A stretch of 64,000 nt of DNA from positions 68,341-132,340 of the forward strand of contig CAVYCN010000018.1 in the NCBI GenBank assembly GCA_963767005.1. Direction: 5' to 3'. The notes beneath the pieces are model-generated. The model saw only the letters and a list, made by a program, of their open reading frames with translations, did no database searches and was not told where the DNA came from. The position numbers were made by a program, and so were the translations under genes. Below are positions 57,418 through 64,000 of the stretch, piece by piece. This DNA comes from an uncultured Actinomycetes bacterium (lineage in GTDB: Bacteria; Actinomycetota; Thermoleophilia; UBA2241). Within the stretch, counting starts at the first letter, position 1. Each line of letters opens with the position of its first letter.

Positions 57418-59319
57418 TTACTTCTGGTCGTCGTCGATGACCTCGTAGTCGCCCTCTTCGACGTTCTCGTCGCCGGTCGGGCCGGTGGCCCCGCCGTCGC
57501 CCGTGGGCGGCGTCTGCTGCTGGGCCTGCTGGTAGATCGCCTCGGCCAGCTTGTGTGATGCCTGCATGAGGGCGTCGGTCTTGGCTTTGATGTCGTCGAC
57601 GTTGTCGGAGTCGAGCGCCGTGCGCACGGCCGCCGCCGCCGATTCGATCTCGGTGCGTGTGGCCTGATCGACACGGTCGCCCATCTCGCGCAGCGACTTC
57701 TCGGTCGAGTACACGAGGTTCTCGGCGTTGTTCTTGACCTCGGCCACGTCGCGCAGCCTGCGGTCTTCCTCGGCGTGCGACTCGGCGTCTTTCATCATGC
57801 CTTCGATGTCCTGCTCGGACAGGCCGCTCGACGCCGTGATCGTGATCTTCTGCTCGTTGCCGGTGCCGAGGTCCTTGGCGCTCACGTGCACGATGCCGTT
57901 GGCGTCGATGTCGAAGGCGACCTCGACCTGTGGGATGCCCCGCGGCGCCGGCGGGATGCCGACGAGCTGGAACTTGCCGAGCGTCTTGTTGTAGCGCGCC
58001 ATGTCGCGCTCGCCCTGCAGGACGTGGATCTCGACGCTCGTCTGGTTGTCCTCGGCGGTCGAGAAGATCTCGCTCTTCTTGGTCGGGATCGTCGTGTTGC
58101 GCTCGATCAGGCGCGTGAACACGCCGCCCTTGGTCTCGATGCCCAGCGACAGCGGCGTGACGTCGAGCAGCAGCACGTCCTTGACCTCGCCGGCCAGCAC
58201 GCCGCCCTGGATGCCGGCGCCCACGGCCACGACCTCGTCGGGATTGACGCCTTTGTGGGGATCCTTGCCGATCAGGTCGCGCACCTTGTCCTGCACCGCC
58301 GGCACACGCGTCATGCCGCCGACCAGGATCACGTGGTCGATCTTGTCGGGCGACAGGTTGGCGTCGGAGAGTGCCTGCTTGACGGGGCCGACCACGCGGT
58401 CGACCAGGGTCGCCGTGAGCTCGTTGAACTTGGCCCGCGTGAGGTTCAGGTCGAGGTGCTTGGGGCCGTTCTCGTCGGCGCTGATGAACGGCAGATTGAC
58501 GTTGCTGCTCATCGTGGTCGAGAGCTCGATCTTGGCCTTCTCGGCGGCCTCGTAGAGGCGCTGCAGGGCCATCTTGTCCTTGCTCAGGTCGATGCCGTTG
58601 TCGCGCTTGAACTCGGCCACCATCCAGTCGACGACCGCCTTGTCGAAGTTGTCGCCGCCGAGGTGGGTGTCGCCGTTGGTCGACTTGACCTCGAAGACCC
58701 CGTCGCCGAGGTCGAGGATCGAGACGTCGAAGGTGCCGCCGCCCAGGTCGAACACGAGGATGGTCTGGTCGTGCTCCTTGTCGAGGCCATAGGCGAGCGC
58801 GGCCGCGGTGGGCTCGTTGATGATGCGCTTGATCTCGATGCCGGCGATCTTGCCGGCATCCTTGGTGGCCTGGCGCTGCGAGTCGTTGAAGTAGGCCGGG
58901 ACGGTGACGACCGCCTCGTTCACCTTCTCGCCGAGATACTCCTCGGCGTCGCGGCGCAGCTTCTGCAGGATCATCGCCGAGATCTCGGGCGGCGAGTAGA
59001 GCTTGCCCTGGATGTCGACCGACGCGTCGCCGTTGGGGGCGGCCACCACCTTGTAGGGCACGATCTTCATCTCTTCGGAGACGTCGCCGTACTTGCGGCC
59101 CATGAAGCGCTTGATCGAGAAGACGGTGTTCTCGGGGTTGGTGACCGCCTGGCGGCGGGCGACCGTGCCCACGAGGCGCTCCCCGCTCTTGGAGAAGGCC
59201 ACCACCGACGGTGTGGTGCGACCGCCTTCGGAGTTCGGGATGACCGTGGGTTCACCACCCTCGAGGACGCTCACGCAACTGAACGTCGTCCCCAGGTCGA
59301 TACCGATCACTTTGGCCAT
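57418..59319 (-). CDS. dnaK: chaperone DnaK (Hsp70)
   Basis: '[12 protein letters not shown]'. AAGGAGG Shine-Dalgarno before ATG 59319. Confidence 0.92.
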   Translation of the reverse strand: MAKVIGIDLGTTFSCVSVLEGGEPTVIPNSEGGRTTPSVVAFSKSGERLVGTVARRQAVTNPENTVFSIKRFMGRKYGDVSEEMKIVPYKVVAAPNGDASVDIQGKLYSPPEISAMILQKLRRDAEEYLGEKVNEAVVTVPAYFNDSQRQATKDAGKIAGIEIKRIINEPTAAALAYGLDKEHDQTILVFDLGGGTFDVSILDLGDGVFEVKSTNGDTHLGGDNFDKAVVDWMVAEFKRDNGIDLSKDKMALQRLYEAAEKAKIELSTTMSSNVNLPFISADENGPKHLDLNLTRAKFNELTATLVDRVVGPVKQALSDANLSPDKIDHVILVGGMTRVPAVQDKVRDLIGKDPHKGVNPDEVVAVGAGIQGGVLAGEVKDVLLLDVTPLSLGIETKGGVFTRLIERNTTIPTKKSEIFSTAEDNQTSVEIHVLQGERDMARYNKTLGKFQLVGIPPAPRGIPQVEVAFDIDANGIVHVSAKDLGTGNEQKITITASSGLSEQDIEGMMKDAESHAEEDRRLRDVAEVKNNAENLVYSTEKSLREMGDRVDQATRTEIESAAAAVRTALDSDNVDDIKAKTDALMQASHKLAEAIYQQAQQQTPPTGDGGATGPTGDENVEEGDYEVIDDDQK

Positions 59320-59366
59320 TCGTCTGCCTCCTTGGCGTTCTTCCAATCGTAGTGGAGTCCAGAGGG

Positions 59367-59395
59367 ATAATAAAATGTGAGTGTATGCTTGTCAA
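59367..59395 (-). promoter_or_regulatory. consensus sigma-70 promoter of the dnaK operon (TTGACA-17 nt-TATTAT) in a local AT-rich island
   Basis: Minus-strand sequence 'TTGACAagcatacactcacatttTATTAT', about 45 nt upstream of the dnaK ATG. Confidence 0.6.
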
Positions 59396-59529
59396 CTTTG
59401 TACCCGTTGCCACCGACCACAAACCCGGGTCGTGAGCGCCCCCGAGCGCCGGCAACGAGGCTCCGGTCGGGCCGTGCCGCGCTGCGCCGACCGAGCAAGT
59501 GAGAGGTCTTGAGCCCCTCTCGATAGAAT

Positions 59530-60771
59530 GTGTCCGGCATGAGCGACGACGACGCCTCGAGGGCGGACCACGACGACACGGCGGCGACCGGCGGCGACCG
59601 GGTGGCGAGCGCGTGCGACAGCGGCGCGGCGGCGAGCGGCGCGACCGCGGCCGGCGCCGCGGCGCCGGCCGCGCGCGGCCTCGTGGTGCCGCGCTGGGTG
59701 CAGCTCGCCGTGCTGCCGGTGCTGCTCATCATCGGCTGGCTGCTGCTCACGCGCATCGGCGAAGCGGTCTTCATCTTCGTCGTCGCGACCCTCCTCGCGC
59801 TGGCCCTCAACCCCTTCGTCCGCGCGCTGCAGCGCCTGAAGTTGCCGCGGCCGCTCGCCGTGGCCATCGTCTACCTCGTGGCGATCGGCGTGCTGGCCGG
59901 CGCCCTCGCGCTCGTCATCCCGCCGCTCGTGCACCAGCTCCGCGCCCTGCTGAACGCGCTCCCCGGCATGGCCCAGCAGGCGCGCGCCGGCATGCAGTCG
60001 CTGCAGCGCCTGGCCGATCGCTTCCACCTGCACATCAACGTCTCGCAGGAGCTGCAGAGAGCCGCCACGTCGGTCGCGACCTACCTGCTCGGCGCCTCGC
60101 GCAGCCTGCTCGGCATCGGCGTGTCGGTCGCCCGCACGGTCACTGTGACGGGCATCATCGTGGTCATCTCGATCTACATGCTGCTCGACACCAGGCGGAT
60201 CGGGCGCTTCATCGTCGACCACTTCCCCACCGGCTCGCGGGCCGACGGCTACGAGTACCTCACCATCACCCAGAGCGCCGTGGTCCGCTACCTGCAGGCC
60301 CAGATCCTGCTGTCGGCGGCGATCGGCACCGGCACCGGGCTCACGATGTGGGTGCTGGGGTTCACCGGCGTGTTCCCGTCGGGCTCCAAGTACGCCGTCG
60401 CCTTCGGCGCCTGGGCCGGTGTCACCGAGGTCATCCCCTACCTGGGACCGGTGCTCGGCGCGGTGCCGCCGGTCATCGTCGCCCTGCTGCACGCGCCGCT
60501 CACCGCCGTCTGGGTGGTGCTGGCATACGTCGGCATCCAGGAGATCGAGGGCCACATCGCGGCGCCGCTCATCATGGGCACGCGCTTTCGCGTGCACCCG
60601 CTCGTCGTGATCTTCGCCCTGCTGGTCGGCAACCAGCTCCACGGCATCATCGGCATGCTCATCGCCGTGCCCCTCATCCCCCTCGTGCGCGAGAGCTGGG
60701 TCTTCTTCCGCGGCCGCGTGCGACTCGAAGGCTGGAAGAAGGCCGCGCTCGACCTCCTCGACGACGACTAG
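59530..60771 (+). CDS. AI-2E family transporter (PerM/UPF0118)
   Basis: 8-TMS profile and a conserved C-terminal 'EIEGHIAAPLIMG' block. Confidence 0.75.
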   Translation: MSGMSDDDASRADHDDTAATGGDRVASACDSGAAASGATAAGAAAPAARGLVVPRWVQLAVLPVLLIIGWLLLTRIGEAVFIFVVATLLALALNPFVRALQRLKLPRPLAVAIVYLVAIGVLAGALALVIPPLVHQLRALLNALPGMAQQARAGMQSLQRLADRFHLHINVSQELQRAATSVATYLLGASRSLLGIGVSVARTVTVTGIIVVISIYMLLDTRRIGRFIVDHFPTGSRADGYEYLTITQSAVVRYLQAQILLSAAIGTGTGLTMWVLGFTGVFPSGSKYAVAFGAWAGVTEVIPYLGPVLGAVPPVIVALLHAPLTAVWVVLAYVGIQEIEGHIAAPLIMGTRFRVHPLVVIFALLVGNQLHGIIGMLIAVPLIPLVRESWVFFRGRVRLEGWKKAALDLLDDD

Positions 60772-61181
60772 ACGTAGTCGCTCGCCGGTCTGATCGAGCA
60801 GGCCGCTCGCGGGGCGGCGGCGACCGCAGCTTTCGGTTGCCACCTCGCGGTGCACTTGCCGAATCGGCTGCCGAAACGGCAGATTTGCTGCCGCAACCGA
60901 CGCATCATCGACGAAGTGCTGTACACTGGCCGCGCCAGCCGAACGTCGATGCTCCGGCAGTGGGGGGAGCAGGTCCCGGCGGCCGGGGTACTGCGCCCCG
61001 GCGACGTCAGTCGACAGGCTGCGAGGTGATCCGCGGCTGGTCAGTGGTGGTTCGTGGCTTCTTCTTCATTTTCGTGCGCGGTCGCACGACCGCGTTCAGC
61101 GGCGCCTGACGTAGCCTCACTACGAGGCGCCCAGGACGGGTAGACCCCCAGGGAGCAGGATCTCCCCGCGACGCAAGGAGT

Positions 61182-62579
61182 GTGCTGAGAATGGCTTCAA
61201 CCGCACCGGTCCAGATCGATCGCAAGCGCATCGCGGAGCTCACCGACAAGGAGGAGCAGCGACTCGAGGCCTCGACGCCCAAGTCGTTCGAGCTCTACAA
61301 GCGCGCCGTCACGCACATGCCGATGGGCGTCGCCTCCACCTACCACGCCCGCGACCCGTACCCGGTGTACTTCACCCACGGCAAGGGTCCCAAGATCTAC
61401 ACGGTCGACGGTCAGGAGATCAGCGACTTCCACAACGGCTACGGCTGCATGGTGCAGGGCCACGCCCACCCCGTCATCGTCGAGGCCATCCAGAAGCGCG
61501 CGCCCTTCGGCACGCAGTTCGGTCTGCCCACCGAGGACGGCATCATCATGGCCGAGCACCTCGCCAGCGCCTTCAAGCTGCCGAAGTGGCGTTTCGTGAA
61601 CTCGGGCTCCGAGGCCACGATGGACGCCATCCGCGTGGCCCGCGGCTTCACCGGGCGTGAGCCGATCGTCAAGATGTTCGGCTCCTATCACGGTCACCAC
61701 GACTATGTGATGGTCTCGATCGGCGTGAAGGACTTCGGCGACGTCGGTCCGCGCGACAACTACAAGTCGGTCTCGTACGGCGCCGGCATCCCGCAGTCGT
61801 CGATCGACCTGACGATCCCCGTGCCCTTCAACGACCCCGAGAACATGAACAAGCGCATCGAGCGCATGGTCGCCGAGGGCAACACGCCGGCCGCCCTCAT
61901 CATGGAGCCCGCCATGATGAACCTCGGCGTCGTGCTGCCCGAGCCCGGCTTCCTCGAGGCGGTACGCGCCATCACCAAGAAGCACGGCATCGTCCTCATT
62001 TTCGACGAGGTCAAGACCGGCATCTGCACCGCTCGCGGTGGCGCCGTCGAGCGCTGGGGCGTCGTGCCCGACATGATTTGCCTCGGCAAGGCGATCGCCG
62101 GCGGCACGCCGTGCGGCGCGATCGGCGGCACCGACGAGGTCATGGACGTCATCCACGAGGGCACCGTCTTCCAGGTCGGCACTTACTCCGGCAACCCGCT
62201 CTCCATGGCGGCCGCCCGGGCCAGCTTCGAGCAGGTCATGACCGACGAGGCCTATGCCCACCTGAACTACCTGAACGACCGCCTCGTCAAGGAGTGCGAC
62301 GCGATCTGCGCCAAGTACGACTTCCCGGGCTACACGGTCGGCATCTCGTCCAAGGGCTGCGTCAACTTCGCCGCGGGGCGTATCACCGACTACGAGTCGT
62401 TCATCAAGTACCAGGACCACGAGCTCGTCGCCCTGGCCTGGCTCTACAACTTCAACCGCGGCGTGATCATCGCTCCCGGGCGCGAAGAGGAGTGGACCCT
62501 GTCGATCACGCACACCGACGAGGACATCGACCGCTACGTCACCGCCTTCGACGAGCTGGTGCGCGACGTGACCGCCTGA
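61182..62579 (+). CDS. class-III aminotransferase (glutamate-1-semialdehyde aminomutase-like)
   Basis: 'FDEVKTG' PLP-Lys region and 'SGSEATMDAIRVARGFTGR'. Alternative ATG at 61191. Confidence 0.8.
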   Translation: MLRMASTAPVQIDRKRIAELTDKEEQRLEASTPKSFELYKRAVTHMPMGVASTYHARDPYPVYFTHGKGPKIYTVDGQEISDFHNGYGCMVQGHAHPVIVEAIQKRAPFGTQFGLPTEDGIIMAEHLASAFKLPKWRFVNSGSEATMDAIRVARGFTGREPIVKMFGSYHGHHDYVMVSIGVKDFGDVGPRDNYKSVSYGAGIPQSSIDLTIPVPFNDPENMNKRIERMVAEGNTPAALIMEPAMMNLGVVLPEPGFLEAVRAITKKHGIVLIFDEVKTGICTARGGAVERWGVVPDMICLGKAIAGGTPCGAIGGTDEVMDVIHEGTVFQVGTYSGNPLSMAAARASFEQVMTDEAYAHLNYLNDRLVKECDAICAKYDFPGYTVGISSKGCVNFAAGRITDYESFIKYQDHELVALAWLYNFNRGVIIAPGREEEWTLSITHTDEDIDRYVTAFDELVRDVTA

Positions 62580-62600
62580 CGTCCGACAGGCACGCGTAAA

Positions 62601-62648
62601 GCGGGGGCGCCCGCCGGCCGGCCGGCCGGCGGGCGCCCCCGCTTTTTT
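62601..62648 (+). terminator. intrinsic terminator after the aminotransferase
   Basis: 'gcgggggcgcccgccggcc ggcc ggccggcgggcgcccccgc' followed by TTTTTT. Confidence 0.8.
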
Positions 62649-62684
62649 GTCGTCTGCGGCCGCCGACGCCGCGCCCGCGAGCGG

Positions 62685-63668
62685 CTACCAGGACCAGGTG
62701 CGCGGGTCCTCGTAGCCGGCATCGTCGTCGGGGCCGGTCGCCGGTGACGCGCCCTCGGAGCCGGCCGTGTCACCGGCCGGCGCGGGCGTGTCGCTCAACG
62801 CGTCGAACACCAGGTCGAGGCCGCTACCGTCCTCGCCCAGGTCGAGCGCCGGTCCGGGCGACGGCTGCGGCTGCGCCTCGCCGGCTAGACGGGCGATCTC
62901 GCCGGCCACGCTGTCGCGGTGGGCGTCGAGGTCGGTGGTCGGCGCCTGCGGCCGGTCGCCGGCGGTGAGCAGCACGCGCGCGTGGCAGAACTTGCCGAGG
63001 ATCGAGATGACCGTGACCTCTTCGAGATGGCTGGCCGCCGCGACCTCGCTCACGGTGCGGCGGTCGTCGACCAGACCGAGCACGTGGAACTCGTCGCGGC
63101 CCATGGGGATGGCGTGGTGCGGCAGGGTCTCGTAGTCGCGATTGCGGATGAGGATCGTGCTGGCGGCGCCCAGGACGTCGAAGGCCGCCACGTAGTCGGC
63201 CCCCACCGACGAGACCTCGATCAGCACGCTCTGCGTGTCGATCGTGATGTAGTCGACCGGCACCGCCGTGTCGTCCATCACGAACATGAACGTGCCGTTC
63301 TGGCCGGTCGTCTTGACCGCGAGGAAGGTGTTGGCCACCTGGCGCGACAGCACCTCGCGCACGTCATCCTCGGCGACGTAGCCGCGCTCGACCAGGATGG
63401 TGCCGAGCGGCCGCGGGTCGCTCTCCTGCTCGCGCAACGATCGGTCGAGCTGCTCCTGGCTCACGAGCGAGCGCTTGGTGAGCAGGCTGCCGAGGACGGT
63501 GTCGGCGTAGACGCGGGTGGAGTCGCGGGTCTCGGCGATGCGGCCGCGCACGAAGTGGACGTCGATCTGCCGCTCGGCGCATTCGATGTGAAGGGTACCC
63601 GACCGCCGCACCCTGCCGAGCATCTGCAGCACTTCGACGACGCTGAAGGTGTCAAGCGTGCCGTGCAT
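62685..63668 (-). CDS. DUF4388-domain protein
   Basis: 'MHGTLDTFSVVEVLQMLGRVRRSGTL', with an acidic low-complexity C-terminus. Confidence 0.6.
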   Translation of the reverse strand: MHGTLDTFSVVEVLQMLGRVRRSGTLHIECAERQIDVHFVRGRIAETRDSTRVYADTVLGSLLTKRSLVSQEQLDRSLREQESDPRPLGTILVERGYVAEDDVREVLSRQVANTFLAVKTTGQNGTFMFVMDDTAVPVDYITIDTQSVLIEVSSVGADYVAAFDVLGAASTILIRNRDYETLPHHAIPMGRDEFHVLGLVDDRRTVSEVAAASHLEEVTVISILGKFCHARVLLTAGDRPQAPTTDLDAHRDSVAGEIARLAGEAQPQPSPGPALDLGEDGSGLDLVFDALSDTPAPAGDTAGSEGASPATGPDDDAGYEDPRTWSW

Positions 63669-63696
63669 GGGTGGCCCGAGTGTATACTCGCCTCTG

Positions 63697-64000
63697 ATGA
63701 GAGTCGACCTGCACGTCCACACGTACCCCGCCTCGACGTGCTCCTCAATCGCCTACCGCGACCTCATCGCCCACTGCCGCGACCACGGGGTCGGAGCCAT
63801 CGCCCTCACCAACCACGGCGACGTCGACGACAACCGCCGCCTCGCGGCGCCGCTCGCCGAGGTCGGCACCGTCCTCGTGCACGGCGTCGAGATCTCGACG
63901 CTGTACGGCGACTTCGTCGTGTACTCGCCCGAACTCGACTTTCTCGCCGGCTTCGCGAAGCTGCAGGCCGTGCCCGAGGCCGGCGCGCTGCCCGCCGACG
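63697..64000 (+). CDS. PHP-domain phosphoesterase (5' part; runs off the window)
   Basis: 'MRVDLHVHTYPAS...HG'. Confidence 0.55.
   Translation, partial: MRVDLHVHTYPASTCSSIAYRDLIAHCRDHGVGAIALTNHGDVDDNRRLAAPLAEVGTVLVHGVEISTLYGDFVVYSPELDFLAGFAKLQAVPEAGALPAD

Overview
This is a 64 kb window from a very GC-rich bacterial chromosome; I did not compute GC, but by eye it is about 70%. The many long Arg/Pro/Gly-rich ORFs that lie antisense to real genes are composition artefacts. The gene content looks Actinobacteria-like, with an HspR-controlled dnaK operon and a principal-type sigma-70. The right half is mostly core genes: tRNA-Thr, tatA, ligA, surE, c-di-GMP enzymes, and clpC-hspR-dnaJ-grpE-hsp20-dnaK. 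The left 4 kb looks like a decayed accessory patch, with two frameshifted genes, small lipoproteins and an orphan tRNA 3' end next to rpoD. From 14.5 to 21.4 kb there is a minus-strand catabolic operon encoding a PucR regulator, an atypical OTC-family carbamoyltransferase, a cyclase, an NCS1 permease, a C-N hydrolase and a DDAH-like hydrolase. Upstream of that operon sits a huge HTH-GAF-HD-GYP-GGDEF protein. The most striking segment is roughly 27.9-37.2 kb. It carries three diverged paralogs of the dimethylamine:corrinoid methyltransferase MtbB. Each is interrupted by a single in-frame TAG at the position where MtbB carries pyrrolysine. These three are interspersed with a VapBC module, tandem repeats, long GC hairpins, a D-2-hydroxyacid dehydrogenase and an APC permease. 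That is the candidate undescribed system: pyrrolysine-type amber decoding, or an equivalent recoding or split-gene solution, in a high-GC bacterium. No pyl genes or corrinoid partner proteins were found in the window. Start codons were refined from Shine-Dalgarno context where possible; coordinates follow the supplied ORF track.
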